IMG/VR virus record: IMGVR_UViG_3300045988_152699
Direction: 5' to 3' (one strand)
From: a virus
Lineage: Duplodnaviria; Heunggongvirae; Uroviricota; Caudoviricetes
DNA: 64,000 nt
The position numbers and the translations under genes are program-made. The notes beneath the pieces were generated by a model, which was not told the origin of the DNA, made no database searches, and worked only from the letters and a program-made list of their open reading frames with translations. Positions 10,814 through 20,250 of this stretch are shown here, one piece after another. The first letter of the stretch is position 1; each line of letters starts with the position of its first letter.

Positions 10814-11735
10814 GGTCCACCTCATGCTTTTCAGCCACCAGCGGCAATAAAGCCCTGGCCATCTTATGAACCAATAGTGCATCAATAATGCCAAGCGTAT
10901 GCCCCGGCTTAATGTTTAATGCTGCCTCAAGATGACACCTTTCCAGACCGCTTTTCTCGGCTTGTTTATGATGATATGGCGTAATAACGTCGCCCAAAAC
11001 ACGGCTAATTCTTTCTCGTAATTGCTGGGTGCCAGCACACTTGATCGCTGTATCGTGGAGACGGTTAACCAGTTCGCGATAAACATGCGGCTTAATGCGG
11101 ATACGTTCACCGGTGACGCCCTTTCCTGGCGCTGGCACCGAACTATCCGGAATATCCGGATAGTTGCCAGCCTCGTAAGCTACCCGCAGCCAGTGCATGA
11201 ATGTTTCAGTGGACACACAACCACAGTCCACATCGATTTTCCCGCGTTGCTGTTCCAGCCATTGCCCAAAATCCAACCTGTAAGTCTTACTTTCAAGTTC
11301 ATCACCATTGAACTCGACTTTCTGCGACGCTATGAGAGCTGATTCGTATTGTTCGCGAGTGACAACTGACTGGTATTCATCGCTATCAAGGTCACCAATT
11401 GGAAGCTCAATATCACAACAAAAATTGCGCCCAAAGAAAGTGTCTTTTTTGTGGTCTGAGCCAAAAGCAAAAGTCGCGCATGGTGCCATTAAATTGACAC
11501 TGGGTAGGTAACAATAACTCATTCCATCAGGCCACCCGCCGCACTTAGGCAGCTCCTTCACTAACAAGTCGATAAACTTCATTTTTTTATCATCTTTGCA
11601 AGCCGCCAAAACCATTTGGGCAAGTGCCAATACTTCATCTGCCGTATATCCAGCACCGTGACCATACATTTCGATACGGGAAATAATCTCTGATATACGC
11701 TCTTCAGTGATTCTGGTCATTTCTTTTTGCGCCAT
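10797..11735 (-). CDS. Hypothetical protein
   Basis: 312-aa ORF, co-oriented block. Confidence 0.5.
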   Translation of the reverse strand: MAQKEMTRITEERISEIISRIEMYGHGAGYTADEVLALAQMVLAACKDDKKMKFIDLLVKELPKCGGWPDGMSYCYLPSVNLMAPCATFAFGSDHKKDTFFGRNFCCDIELPIGDLDSDEYQSVVTREQYESALIASQKVEFNGDELESKTYRLDFGQWLEQQRGKIDVDCGCVSTETFMHWLRVAYEAGNYPDIPDSSVPAPGKGVTGERIRIKPHVYRELVNRLHDTAIKCAGTQQLRERISRVLGDVITPYHHKQAEKSGLERCHLEAALNIKPGHTLGIIDALLVHKMARALLPLVAEKHEVDHANES

Positions 11736-12091
11736 TTCTTTTCACATTCCTTAGTCCATTTTTCAATGTTCATTTTGGCAATATCAGTCATTCCATCACC
11801 TAAGAAATACTTTCTCCGGTACGTCTTGCACTTAAACCACACTACAACAGCCACCAGCCAGAAAATAAAAGGCCATACAGCAATACCAACGACAGCCGCG
11901 ATAAAGCCCAATAGCCATAAATGAAGCTCTCCAACTTCTGTTTCCGGCAATATTCTTAAAGAATTAAACAGCAGGCTGAACGAATGGTCGTATGCATTGG
12001 CAGTATAAGACATGCAATCCATATAATTAAAGTCATAGCCTGCGGCTGCCGCCCATAATGGGCGGTCAAGAAAATGTTTTAGTGTCATCAT
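11717..12091 (-). CDS. Hypothetical membrane protein
   Basis: Hydrophobic segment LWLLGFIAAVVGIAVWPFIFWLVAVVVWF, basic C-terminus. Confidence 0.5.
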   Translation of the reverse strand: MMTLKHFLDRPLWAAAAGYDFNYMDCMSYTANAYDHSFSLLFNSLRILPETEVGELHLWLLGFIAAVVGIAVWPFIFWLVAVVVWFKCKTYRRKYFLGDGMTDIAKMNIEKWTKECEKKWRKKK

Positions 12092-12097
12092 ATAAAT

Positions 12098-12394
12098 TTA
12101 AGGTTCAGACCAGTTATCTTCAATAGCAATGCTTAATCTTTGTAGCCATTCTGCTAATTTCAGCATTGCTTCTCTTTCGCTTAAACCACGAGGAAAATCA
12201 TCAAGCGAAATTGTTGGCTTGAAGCCACCGTAATTATCCATTTCAACAGTCAGATTTTGCTCCAGCACGGTATTCCTTACGCGGCTATTGTGCCGAAGCA
12301 AATATACTGAACGTGATTTATTGGTTTTATGGTCAAACTGATATTCGGTAAGTATCATCTGGCTTTTGCCATGACTATTACCTCTCCACATACT
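12098..12394 (-). CDS. Hypothetical protein (98 aa from MWRGNSHG)
   Basis: Strong SD GAGGT 5 nt upstream of ATG at 12394; a 40-codon hydrophobic ORF (12399..12521) ends on this SD. Confidence 0.45.
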   Translation of the reverse strand, partial: SMWRGNSHGKSQMILTEYQFDHKTNKSRSVYLLRHNSRVRNTVLEQNLTVEMDNYGGFKPTISLDDFPRGLSEREAMLKLAEWLQRLSIAIEDNWSEP

Positions 12395-12569
12395 TACCTC
12401 ACTTAATAAAACAACTCCATGCGTAGTTGATGATTTTTTCCCACGCAATATAAATCTGCACTCCGGCAGTAAAACCAAAGCCAACAATTGCTGAAAAAAT
12501 CAAAACATTTACTTTTGACATTATAAATTTTCTCTCGGTGTCGTAGGTGATAGCACCATAATTGATAAT

Positions 12570-12803
12570 TTAGTGAGTTAGCAGTTCCATTTTTTTGATG
12601 ATTTCCGCATGAGCATCATCGTTATCAACACTTAGCTCGTTTAATGCTTCTCGCACTACATCAACTTCTTCAGGCTGAAAGAAGTCGTCGCGGTAATCAC
12701 CAAATAGAACCGAAACCAGCCTGCCACCAGCAACATCAAGATTGGCGCTAACAGGTGGCTCTTTGCCATCCTCAAATTCGACAACAAAAGTTAATTTTCC
12801 CAT
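12570..12803 (-). CDS. Hypothetical acidic protein
   Basis: 77-aa ORF in co-oriented block. Confidence 0.4.
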   Translation of the reverse strand: MGKLTFVVEFEDGKEPPVSANLDVAGGRLVSVLFGDYRDDFFQPEEVDVVREALNELSVDNDDAHAEIIKKMELLTH

Positions 12804-12879
12804 CGTTACCCCCAGAAGATAAAAATAGCGGCAATCGCCATAGCTACGCCTACAATCGCAAATGCTTCAGGCCAGCTCA

Positions 12880-13140
12880 TTACCGCACCTCAAGTCTCCA
12901 TACCGCCTGACCAATCCGGCTGGCATGGGTATCTTTGGATACTGTTCCGTCTTTAGCCAGCTCCATAAGAATTTTGCGCAAATCTGCCGAGCGCCATTCT
13001 TCATCAGGAAATTCCTTCTCCATTGCCAACCGCAGATTCCAGGTTGCTATCGTGAATGGATATTCACCGCCGAGAGCTTTCTCTTGTAGGGCAGCACGGG
13101 AACGCATCACCTGCAAAACCTTCTCTTTTACATCCATCAT
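12880..13140 (-). CDS. Hypothetical protein (start at MMDVKEK)
   Basis: ATGA overlap with stop of the upstream gene. Confidence 0.4.
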   Translation of the reverse strand: MMDVKEKVLQVMRSRAALQEKALGGEYPFTIATWNLRLAMEKEFPDEEWRSADLRKILMELAKDGTVSKDTHASRIGQAVWRLEVR

Positions 13141-14012
13141 TTCGCCTCCTGCGGCGGTTCTGGTAGCGGCATCCAGTGTGATGGAATCCACGACGCACCA
13201 GGTATTACCCACCCATCATTAGCGTCAGGATGCCCCGGGATGTAAGTCGCCCATTTCATTCGCCAGTCACCTTTCCTGTCAAACTCCCTGGCAACAAGAA
13301 CGGCTGTTTTGGTATCCGGCATTCGCTCACTACAGCTTATCCAACCATCCGGAGTTACCGGAACTTGCGGAATGGCTGTCTGCTCTCGAACGTCATTAGG
13401 CGCTATAGGTTCTGCTGCCAACTGACTGGCATATTTGTTAATGGTAACGATAAGCTCTTGCTCAGCCTCATCCAGACAATCACCGATACCTCGCCTGTCA
13501 CCGTCAAAATCATCGAAATCGGCACGAATCTTGGCAACCTTCAAGATTGCGGACAACACCTCACTAGGAATTACCGGATAGTTGGTTGACGTTTCCGCGA
13601 TTTCCCGAAAATTATTGGTTGACGAATTCTTGTTTTCCCGAAAGTTTCCGGACTGAAGCATGGCGGCGCGGCAGGCGTTCCAGCCTCTTACCTCTGCAAT
13701 AGCGGCAACAGCATCAACCGCGTACATGCTAAGAGGATTAGGCATTGGTTTTTCTTCCGGTACTACTGGAACGGGTGGAGCGGCGAATAGATGTCCTCCA
13801 AAGTCAGGAAGCTCTCCAATGGCCTGTACGAACTTTTGTTTGCCTACGTCAATTCCTAATGGGTAGTGAGCTATAATTTTTGCCACTGGCTCTGCCTCCA
13901 GTGATGCCAGAGCAATTTCATAAGCACGGCGCTCAATATTGTCTCTCACATCCAGGCTACCTATGCGCTCTTTGATTTCTTTAATCAGTTCTTTGTCGGT
14001 TAAAGTGGTCAT
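13137..14012 (-). CDS. Hypothetical protein with DUF551-like C-terminus
   Basis: 291 aa; C-terminal W..IPSHWMPLPEPP resembles lambdoid DUF551 tails (from memory). Confidence 0.5.
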   Translation of the reverse strand: MTTLTDKELIKEIKERIGSLDVRDNIERRAYEIALASLEAEPVAKIIAHYPLGIDVGKQKFVQAIGELPDFGGHLFAAPPVPVVPEEKPMPNPLSMYAVDAVAAIAEVRGWNACRAAMLQSGNFRENKNSSTNNFREIAETSTNYPVIPSEVLSAILKVAKIRADFDDFDGDRRGIGDCLDEAEQELIVTINKYASQLAAEPIAPNDVREQTAIPQVPVTPDGWISCSERMPDTKTAVLVAREFDRKGDWRMKWATYIPGHPDANDGWVIPGASWIPSHWMPLPEPPQEAK

Positions 14013-14218
14013 TTGTTAATCCTCAAAACTTTATGCCCGGGCGCAAAAGCACGCGTTTTGTCTTTGCTTATTCGCCAGCCATCCTTGCGCGCCTCTTTTG
14101 CACAGCCAGCCCATGACGTACCTATATACTCACCGAAGTCTGGCGACTTATATTTGCCATCTGTACACTGGAGGCAATCACAATAGAGATGCATGGTGTA
14201 ACTTGCAGCGATAGCCAT
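14009..14218 (-). CDS. Hypothetical small Cys-rich protein
   Basis: SD AAGGAGAG 4 nt upstream of ATG at 14218. Confidence 0.5.
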   Translation of the reverse strand: MAIAASYTMHLYCDCLQCTDGKYKSPDFGEYIGTSWAGCAKEARKDGWRISKDKTRAFAPGHKVLRINK

Positions 14219-14394
14219 ATCACTCTCCTTTAGTGCGCAAGTGGTTTTTCCAGCGGTTTTGCGCCGCGCTGGGCTTTTTGCAAAAACCACAATCCATCAT
14301 CCCGTAATATTTCATCAACCCCATCCGTCGGTTGCTGAGTCTCACCCACTGCCAGACGCCAGGAGCGTTTCTACGAACTAACAGAATCTTTGCT

Positions 14395-15054
14395 TTACGG
14401 TTTTTCATCGCTTTGCTCTCCTGCATCTCCTTTGGTGCGAATTCCAGCGGCGCGTGGCACATTAACTTCCACGATGCGCACAGTTGGTTTGTACATCTCA
14501 ATCGCAGTCAGCCAGTCAGCGCCAGTCATGCGCTTTTCTGCATCGCCATTAGTCCACTTAACCGGTACACCAATAGCCTTCATCGCGATTTCTATTTCCC
14601 CGGCAATGGCGCTTTTTCCGCAACCAGTAAAACCAGATACAACGACCAGAACTTCACCTTTGGCTGGTTTTATTTCCCGCGCTTCCAGTTCTGCTATGCG
14701 CTTACTTCCATCCGAGATAACACCTTCGTAATACTCACGCTGCTCGTTGAGTTTTGATTTTGCTTCCTCAAGCTCAACTCTCAGCTTCCCTACCGTTAGC
14801 GCAATATCCTCGTTCTCCTGATCGCGGCGTTTTATGTATTGCTGGTTTCTTTCCCGTTCATCCAGCAGCGCCAGCACGGTTTCTGGTCCGGTCAGAAATT
14901 TGAAGGCGTTGAGCGCATCAATATCCACACCGTAATCTTTAAGTTCCTGTTCACTTAACAAATCATCATCAGCTGGCAACATTAACAGGCGTTCCATTGC
15001 TGGAATTGCACGTTCCGCCGCCTCACGCAGTGCCTGGTAATTAATTTCGCTCAC
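14395..15054 (-). CDS. Ea22/Ead-like protein with C-terminal Walker A-like motif
   Basis: N-term MSEINYQALREAAERA; C-term SGFTGCGKSA; paralog of the next gene. Confidence 0.5.
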   Translation of the reverse strand: MSEINYQALREAAERAIPAMERLLMLPADDDLLSEQELKDYGVDIDALNAFKFLTGPETVLALLDERERNQQYIKRRDQENEDIALTVGKLRVELEEAKSKLNEQREYYEGVISDGSKRIAELEAREIKPAKGEVLVVVSGFTGCGKSAIAGEIEIAMKAIGVPVKWTNGDAEKRMTGADWLTAIEMYKPTVRIVEVNVPRAAGIRTKGDAGEQSDEKP

Positions 15055-15713
15055 TGGTTGCCTCCTTTGCGAAGCTGGGCAGCAAAGTCAACTAACCACT
15101 CAGTCATTTCAACCTTCCCTACCAGGTCTGAACCAGGGTGCATACAGCAATCACTCTGCGCCGCTTTGAAATCCTTATACTCATATTCTTGGGCCACCAG
15201 ATTTTTTGCAGCTTCTATAGCAGCATCCACCCCCTGCGCCCGCACTTCAGACAGGAAAGCATCGGTAGCTGGAGTTTCGCTGTGGTGCAGGGCATCGTTG
15301 ATAATCATTGCAGCAACTCCGGCCTGCCCTGCATCCGTGACCGACACATGCTCAAGAGTTACGGCCATTGCGTGTTTCAGCCCAGCGTTCTCTGCCACCA
15401 GCGCAGCGAGATTAGTCTCAAGCTCTGAAATTCGGCACGTGGCATCAATATTTGTGTCCTCCAAGCACTTAATTTCACCAAGCAGCTCCAGTGCAACCTT
15501 TGGGTTGAACGCGGCAACATGACGAGCGTTGTTCTCTGCATTTTTCTGTCCATCAAAGCCGGTCCATTTGATAACGTCTTCACATCGTTCATCACCGGGC
15601 GTGTGCACCGCATAAGTACCAGTATCCGTCGAAATAAATGCGACCCATTCGTCTGGTGTTGCCTTTTCTGCCGCCTCACGCAGTACCTGATAGTCAATTG
15701 TCATTCTCGCCAT
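15051..15713 (-). CDS. Ea22/Ead-like protein (tandem paralog)
   Basis: N-term MTIDYQVLREAAEKATPDEW; ATGA-type overlap with downstream paralog. Confidence 0.5.
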   Translation of the reverse strand: MARMTIDYQVLREAAEKATPDEWVAFISTDTGTYAVHTPGDERCEDVIKWTGFDGQKNAENNARHVAAFNPKVALELLGEIKCLEDTNIDATCRISELETNLAALVAENAGLKHAMAVTLEHVSVTDAGQAGVAAMIINDALHHSETPATDAFLSEVRAQGVDAAIEAAKNLVAQEYEYKDFKAAQSDCCMHPGSDLVGKVEMTEWLVDFAAQLRKGGNQ

Positions 15714-16345
15714 CCTTCACAGTTGTAATCACTACAGCCTTCAAAATCATATGGGCTGTACTGCCAGGTTATTTTTCCGCAATGCGGACAATTCCAACGC
15801 ACCTTCCCGCTTCGCGACTTCTTTCTTCTGTTTTGCTTTTTCAACCAGTCAGGCATGACCAAACCTGCGCCCTGAACCATTGTTCTGCGGTTAAAGTTAT
15901 TGATATTGAACGTCCGGCGCTTTGCTGCATCAGCAATGGAAAATGGCAACCAAACTATTCCTGGTTCGTTTTTGTTGGCGACGCTAAAGATGGTCGCTTT
16001 ACTGAAGTCATCTGTTGGCAATCCACCGTGTTGAAGCCAGTAAACATCGTTGCCGTTCCAGCTACCTTTTTTGTAGGCCACATACGCAGTGCAATCTGAC
16101 TCAATCAGGCTTTCTGTAGGGATGTACTGGCAATCAACGTGCCACACAGCCATTGCATCCACACTATCGGCACAAACAGGCTGATCGATATCTCGCCCAC
16201 AACTCCAGGCTTTTTGGGCTTCTTCCAGCGTGTAAACATGAGCGCGATCGATATCAGAACTGTAACCATTGCCGTTATGGCAATGGAATGAGGCGTTATT
16301 ACCCACAGTTTCACGCAAGCACATCATGTAAAAGCGGTTATTCAC
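15701..16345 (-). CDS. Hypothetical protein with C-terminal Cys cluster
   Basis: 214 aa; CPHCGK...CEGW. Confidence 0.45.
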   Translation of the reverse strand: MNNRFYMMCLRETVGNNASFHCHNGNGYSSDIDRAHVYTLEEAQKAWSCGRDIDQPVCADSVDAMAVWHVDCQYIPTESLIESDCTAYVAYKKGSWNGNDVYWLQHGGLPTDDFSKATIFSVANKNEPGIVWLPFSIADAAKRRTFNINNFNRRTMVQGAGLVMPDWLKKQNRRKKSRSGKVRWNCPHCGKITWQYSPYDFEGCSDYNCEGWRE

Positions 16346-16622
16346 TGGTTGCCTCCGCTTCCCACGTTTTCAGACTTTCACCACAGAACGGGCAAAATGA
16401 AACTCGAATAGGCGATTTAGAAAATTCACCAGACCGCAGCATGATCAGGTCTTGTGAATGAATTAATTCATGGTTATAGATTTTGTATTTCAGCAGACCT
16501 TTTCGCGTCGTGTATTCAGCGTCATGCTCCAGGGATTGTGCCAACGCCGCGCACGGTTCTATCTTGTTGCCATTAATTTGGCATTTTGACTCACTCACTG
16601 GTTGCCCCCTGAATACGCTCAA
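16338..16622 (-). CDS. Hypothetical zinc-ribbon protein
   Basis: 94-codon ORF, C-terminal CPFCGE. Confidence 0.35.
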   Translation of the reverse strand: MSVFRGQPVSESKCQINGNKIEPCAALAQSLEHDAEYTTRKGLLKYKIYNHELIHSQDLIMLRSGEFSKSPIRVSFCPFCGESLKTWEAEATSE

Positions 16623-17211
16623 ACTCGATTACCCACACCCAGGGATTAGCGTTCCAGCTTTCTTCACCATAGATGGATTCCCACAGGCGCTGGAACGCAA
16701 CCTTGGCCATTGCGAAATCTCCCTTGGGAGTTAGGAATGTTCCCGGGTGATCAGGAAGCAAACTTCCAGCAGGCTGAACGCCCTCATCCCTTGCATCGCA
16801 TTCGCTGATATCGTTCAACCGCTCAACGCGCACGTTGGTAATTTCCAGAAGAATGCGCGATGCCCAGCGCGGCATGTGAATTGATGGCGTCCACTTTTCT
16901 GATACTGGTTTATTACAAACCTCGACCGGAACCCGGTGCGTTTGTTCTGTCCAGGAGTTACGCACGCTTGCGCGATAAACCAGCGTTGCGACGTCCGTCG
17001 CTTTGCCATGTACCCGGTAGGTTTCGCGAACCCAAATATGATCGCCCGGTTGACCATATGGACAATGCTTAGCAAGCAACTCTGCGGCCACTGCACGTCC
17101 ATAGAATTTTTCTTCAACAATCCTGCGAGTCTGTGTTTTATTCCCGCCAAGAATTGCCCGGACCATCTCATCGTTGAAAATCATGCCGCGCTCTTTCACT
17201 TCGCCTTTCAT
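16591..17211 (-). CDS. Hypothetical protein, possibly ASCH-like
   Basis: 206 aa; N-term MIFNDEMVRAILGGNKTQTRR resembles ASCH-type motifs (weak, from memory); SD GGGGGA. Confidence 0.45.
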   Translation of the reverse strand: MKGEVKERGMIFNDEMVRAILGGNKTQTRRIVEEKFYGRAVAAELLAKHCPYGQPGDHIWVRETYRVHGKATDVATLVYRASVRNSWTEQTHRVPVEVCNKPVSEKWTPSIHMPRWASRILLEITNVRVERLNDISECDARDEGVQPAGSLLPDHPGTFLTPKGDFAMAKVAFQRLWESIYGEESWNANPWVWVIEFERIQGATSE

Positions 17212-17220
17212 GCATCCCCC

Positions 17221-17307
17221 TTACCCATGCGCGACGATGCCGCCAAAAGTGATAGAGAACAGCCAGAAATAGATCGCGGCCATAATGATTTTGAATGCCG
17301 TGTTCAT
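17221..17307 (-). CDS. 28-aa hydrophobic peptide (MNTAFKIIMAAIYFWLFSITFGGIVAHG)
   Basis: AGGAG SD 5 nt upstream; stop 10 nt before the next gene start; below the ORF-track length cutoff. Confidence 0.35.
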   Translation of the reverse strand: MNTAFKIIMAAIYFWLFSITFGGIVAHG

Positions 17308-17334
17308 ATTTTCAGCTCCTGTGATTGATTGGAT

Positions 17335-17367
17335 ACATGCCGCGCCTTGCGGCATGTTTTTATTTTT
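17335..17367 (+). terminator. Hairpin plus T-run (terminator-like on + strand) next to a C1 operator
   Basis: ACATGCCG-CGCCTTG-CGGCATGT followed by TTTTTATTTTT. Confidence 0.4.
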
Positions 17368-17389
17368 ACTTTCTCTGTTTTAAAAATCA

Positions 17390-17406
17390 AGATTTATTAG
17401 AGCAAT
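17390..17406 (-). promoter_or_regulatory. C1 operator
   Basis: agatttATTAGAGCAAT, 16/17. Confidence 0.8.
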
Positions 17407-17912
17407 TATTGCTGATGAAGAAGCGCATTTTCATACTCCCTGACCATTAACGTAAGTACGCCGTGACTCCTGAAAACACGCGCCACTTCAATCTTATCTT
17501 CCAGCGCGAACGCAATTTTACTTAGACCAATTTTCTTCAGGAGATCAATCTTTGCTGGACCGTCATTTCTGTCATCGGTGGCAGGACGCATAGATAGCAA
17601 AGGCTCAGCCCCATTTGTTACGTGCTTACGCAACCAGGCTCGTGTTTTATCCCTGGCTATCTCACAGCGCCCGGTTACAAACCAGACCGTGTAAACGTTA
17701 AATAACTGGCGCACCATATCAATAACTGGAGTGATGGGAGTATCGGTGTCACAGGCGAGATTAAACTCGTTCCAGTCCTTTGTTAATGCACCTTTACCTG
17801 GTGGCGGAAGCAAATGCAGTCTGTCTTCAGTTGCCTCTGATATTGTTCCATCAATATCAACTATGACGATATACGGACGTTCCTGGTGTGCGTGTTTATT
17901 GAAAATACTCAA
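17406..17912 (-). CDS. HAD-superfamily phosphatase-like protein
   Basis: N-terminal IVIVDIDGTIS (DxDGT motif). Confidence 0.6.
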   Translation of the reverse strand: MSIFNKHAHQERPYIVIVDIDGTISEATEDRLHLLPPPGKGALTKDWNEFNLACDTDTPITPVIDMVRQLFNVYTVWFVTGRCEIARDKTRAWLRKHVTNGAEPLLSMRPATDDRNDGPAKIDLLKKIGLSKIAFALEDKIEVARVFRSHGVLTLMVREYENALLHQQ

Positions 17913-17984
17913 ATGCCCTCCTCATTGGACGAAAAAAATGCTGGTGGGCGCACTCCACCAGCATTAAAAGTGACACTGTAACTG

Positions 17985-19247
17985 TCAGCGAACGTAAATA
18001 GTGCCGCCGTTCTCTTTTTCCCATGCATCGCTACGTGCATAGCAAACATCGAGAAGTCTTCTTGCCGCTGTTTCCTCTAAACCCAATTCGACAACCAACT
18101 GCTCATGACGGCGGGTAACCACATCAAACAGGGTATGCAGCCCTTTAGCTGCCAGATCATCAATAAATTCCGGTTCGAACGGCAGCTCTGCCTCTGCCAA
18201 CATAACCTCTTGCGCCCACTCAACTCGACGGACCAGTTCCGGGCGGCGGCTTTCCATCTCTTTACAGATCAATTCATGGAAGAACTCTACCCAACCTTCC
18301 GGCTGGAACTCGCGGAAAATGGCCAACGGCTGGAAGTTTGGCATCAACCATTCGTTGATCCGGATATCAATGGCATAGCCCATGTCGCAGCAGAACTGAT
18401 AAGCAAAGTCCAGCTTAGAAACGATATAAGGACGCTCGTTATTGAACTCTTTAGGCGATGAGATCCCATAAGCCAGGAGGCGCGGGAAGAAGGAGATTTG
18501 CCCTAACGTCGGATGAAGTTTGCTTGCAGGGAAACGGCGCTCAGTAATGCCATACATTTCCTTCTTGAGCGTCGCAAATTTGGCATTCTCATTAACCAGC
18601 GCGGTAACCTCTGCTTTTTTATTAGCAAATGCCACGCGCGCTTCGCTTGCATCTTTAATAGTTTTTTTGAGCTGTTGGTTAAGGTCGGCGACCTGCTTAC
18701 GCAGTTCCTGTCGCTCGCTTTTAGCTTTGTTATAGCGTTTCTCAAGGTTAAAAGGATCAAGTTTCATGATCTCTTTATATTGAGATTTTAGCGTTGAAAT
18801 CTGTGAGTTCCGCAGTTCAACCATCGCGGTCATTTCATTGAGTTTTGTTTCCAGCTCAATGCTTATACGTTCGGCATTATCAGCACGCTGGTTGGCGTCA
18901 TGCGTCGCATCGTCGATCGCGTCCTGTTGCTGGCGTTTCAAATGTTCAATTTGCAGCTGAAGCTCTTCAATTTCTTTACTCTTCAGACCGAGATCCAACT
19001 GCATATTTTCAGCTGCATCTACCAGGGAGTTATGGCTATCAGCTTCTGCGTTATAAACATCAATAAGCTGTGCGTGAAGCATCTCCGCTGACTGAACCGC
19101 ATTATCAAAAAAACGCGCTGTGAGGTCATCACAACTAACGCGGCGTTGCGCGGCCCGGATGTTCTGGATAATGGCCGGGATACCGGCATTCAGGACGTCA
19201 GGGATAGATACATTTTCGATTGATTGGTTTTGTGCTGAAGTGATCAT
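17985..19247 (-). CDS. Hypothetical coiled-coil protein
   Basis: 420 aa, long heptad-like Q/E/K-rich central region. Confidence 0.5.
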   Translation of the reverse strand: MITSAQNQSIENVSIPDVLNAGIPAIIQNIRAAQRRVSCDDLTARFFDNAVQSAEMLHAQLIDVYNAEADSHNSLVDAAENMQLDLGLKSKEIEELQLQIEHLKRQQQDAIDDATHDANQRADNAERISIELETKLNEMTAMVELRNSQISTLKSQYKEIMKLDPFNLEKRYNKAKSERQELRKQVADLNQQLKKTIKDASEARVAFANKKAEVTALVNENAKFATLKKEMYGITERRFPASKLHPTLGQISFFPRLLAYGISSPKEFNNERPYIVSKLDFAYQFCCDMGYAIDIRINEWLMPNFQPLAIFREFQPEGWVEFFHELICKEMESRRPELVRRVEWAQEVMLAEAELPFEPEFIDDLAAKGLHTLFDVVTRRHEQLVVELGLEETAARRLLDVCYARSDAWEKENGGTIYVR

Positions 19248-19248
19248 T

Positions 19249-19467
19249 TCAAAGTTCCGTATTAGCTTGTGCTTCGGTCATTTTTCCTAAGTATGAAGGA
19301 GGAAGGACTACGCAATTTGTATCCAGTCCCTCACCTATGGCAGCCTGTAAAATTCTGGCTAAGGTGAGTCTCTTGTTGCGATACCTGGTGATGACATGCC
19401 TGATACCGCCGGTCGGCGTAACAAAGGCGATCAGCCAGTAGTGATATTTCCGTCGGAATGGCCACAT
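19249..19467 (-). CDS. Hypothetical small protein
   Basis: 72-aa ORF directly downstream of operator pair. Confidence 0.4.
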   Translation of the reverse strand: MWPFRRKYHYWLIAFVTPTGGIRHVITRYRNKRLTLARILQAAIGEGLDTNCVVLPPSYLGKMTEAQANTEL

Positions 19468-19481
19468 AGTGCACCTTGTAG

Positions 19482-19498
19482 ATTGCTCTAATAAAAAA
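19482..19498 (+). promoter_or_regulatory. C1 operator
   Basis: ATTGCTCTAATAAAaaa, 14/17. Confidence 0.65.
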
Positions 19499-19530
19499 CG
19501 TGATGAGTGTACATCACGTTTTAAAAATAT

Positions 19531-19547
19531 GGAATTATTAGAGCAAT
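19531..19547 (-). promoter_or_regulatory. C1 operator (inverted partner)
   Basis: ggaattATTAGAGCAAT, 14/17. Confidence 0.65.
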
Positions 19548-19548
19548 A

Positions 19549-20250
19549 TTATTCTGATTCTCGCTCAAAAAATGAGCTGATAAGGGGAAGCCAATCCTCT
19601 GACACTTCGCGAGGTCGCGGTTTGCCGTGGAAAAAGATTATTCGGCAGTCTTTTGGTAATGCCCCATTCCCCCTGGAGTAACGCGCGCTCGCATATTTTG
19701 AACCAGGTTCCACAACATCGGCCTTGTAACTTACAAACCATCCTGGATACAGATCCTGAAATGCTGGTGTATCATCGCCCATAACCTTTCGTAAGAACCC
19801 CTGGTCACCCCAGCACTCAGTAGTGACACAACGAGAAATCCAACCTTCCGGATCTTGCCAGAATGAACTCCAGATATGCGCTTTAACACTATTTGGTATC
19901 CACAGGGCACCGCTGCCACGATATTGTGGATGGTAAAAATCCCTAAGCATGGTGAAGCTGGTTGGTGGATGCTCTAGGATTGGGCGTATATCACCGGCAA
20001 TAACCGTGTCCAAATCCAGATAGAACAGATCATCGGTTATATCCGGTCGGAACAACTCGATTTTCGCCCACCAGCCACGGCACTTTTGCCACTGGTTGAT
20101 CAATGGGACAACTTTGACGCCAGGTACATGTAAACGCTTCAGGTCTGTCAGGCAAATAATTTCATAGCCTTTTGGCAGTTGATTAACCAGCCACTGCACA
20201 TCGGAAGCGTTATAGTCACCACCAGAGCGAAAAACTAAAGCAATCTTCAT
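19549..20250 (-). CDS. Glycosyltransferase-like protein (DXD motif)
   Basis: 233 aa; [11 protein letters not shown]; ATGA overlap with upstream phosphatase gene. Confidence 0.4.
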   Translation of the reverse strand: MKIALVFRSGGDYNASDVQWLVNQLPKGYEIICLTDLKRLHVPGVKVVPLINQWQKCRGWWAKIELFRPDITDDLFYLDLDTVIAGDIRPILEHPPTSFTMLRDFYHPQYRGSGALWIPNSVKAHIWSSFWQDPEGWISRCVTTECWGDQGFLRKVMGDDTPAFQDLYPGWFVSYKADVVEPGSKYASARYSRGNGALPKDCRIIFFHGKPRPREVSEDWLPLISSFFERESE

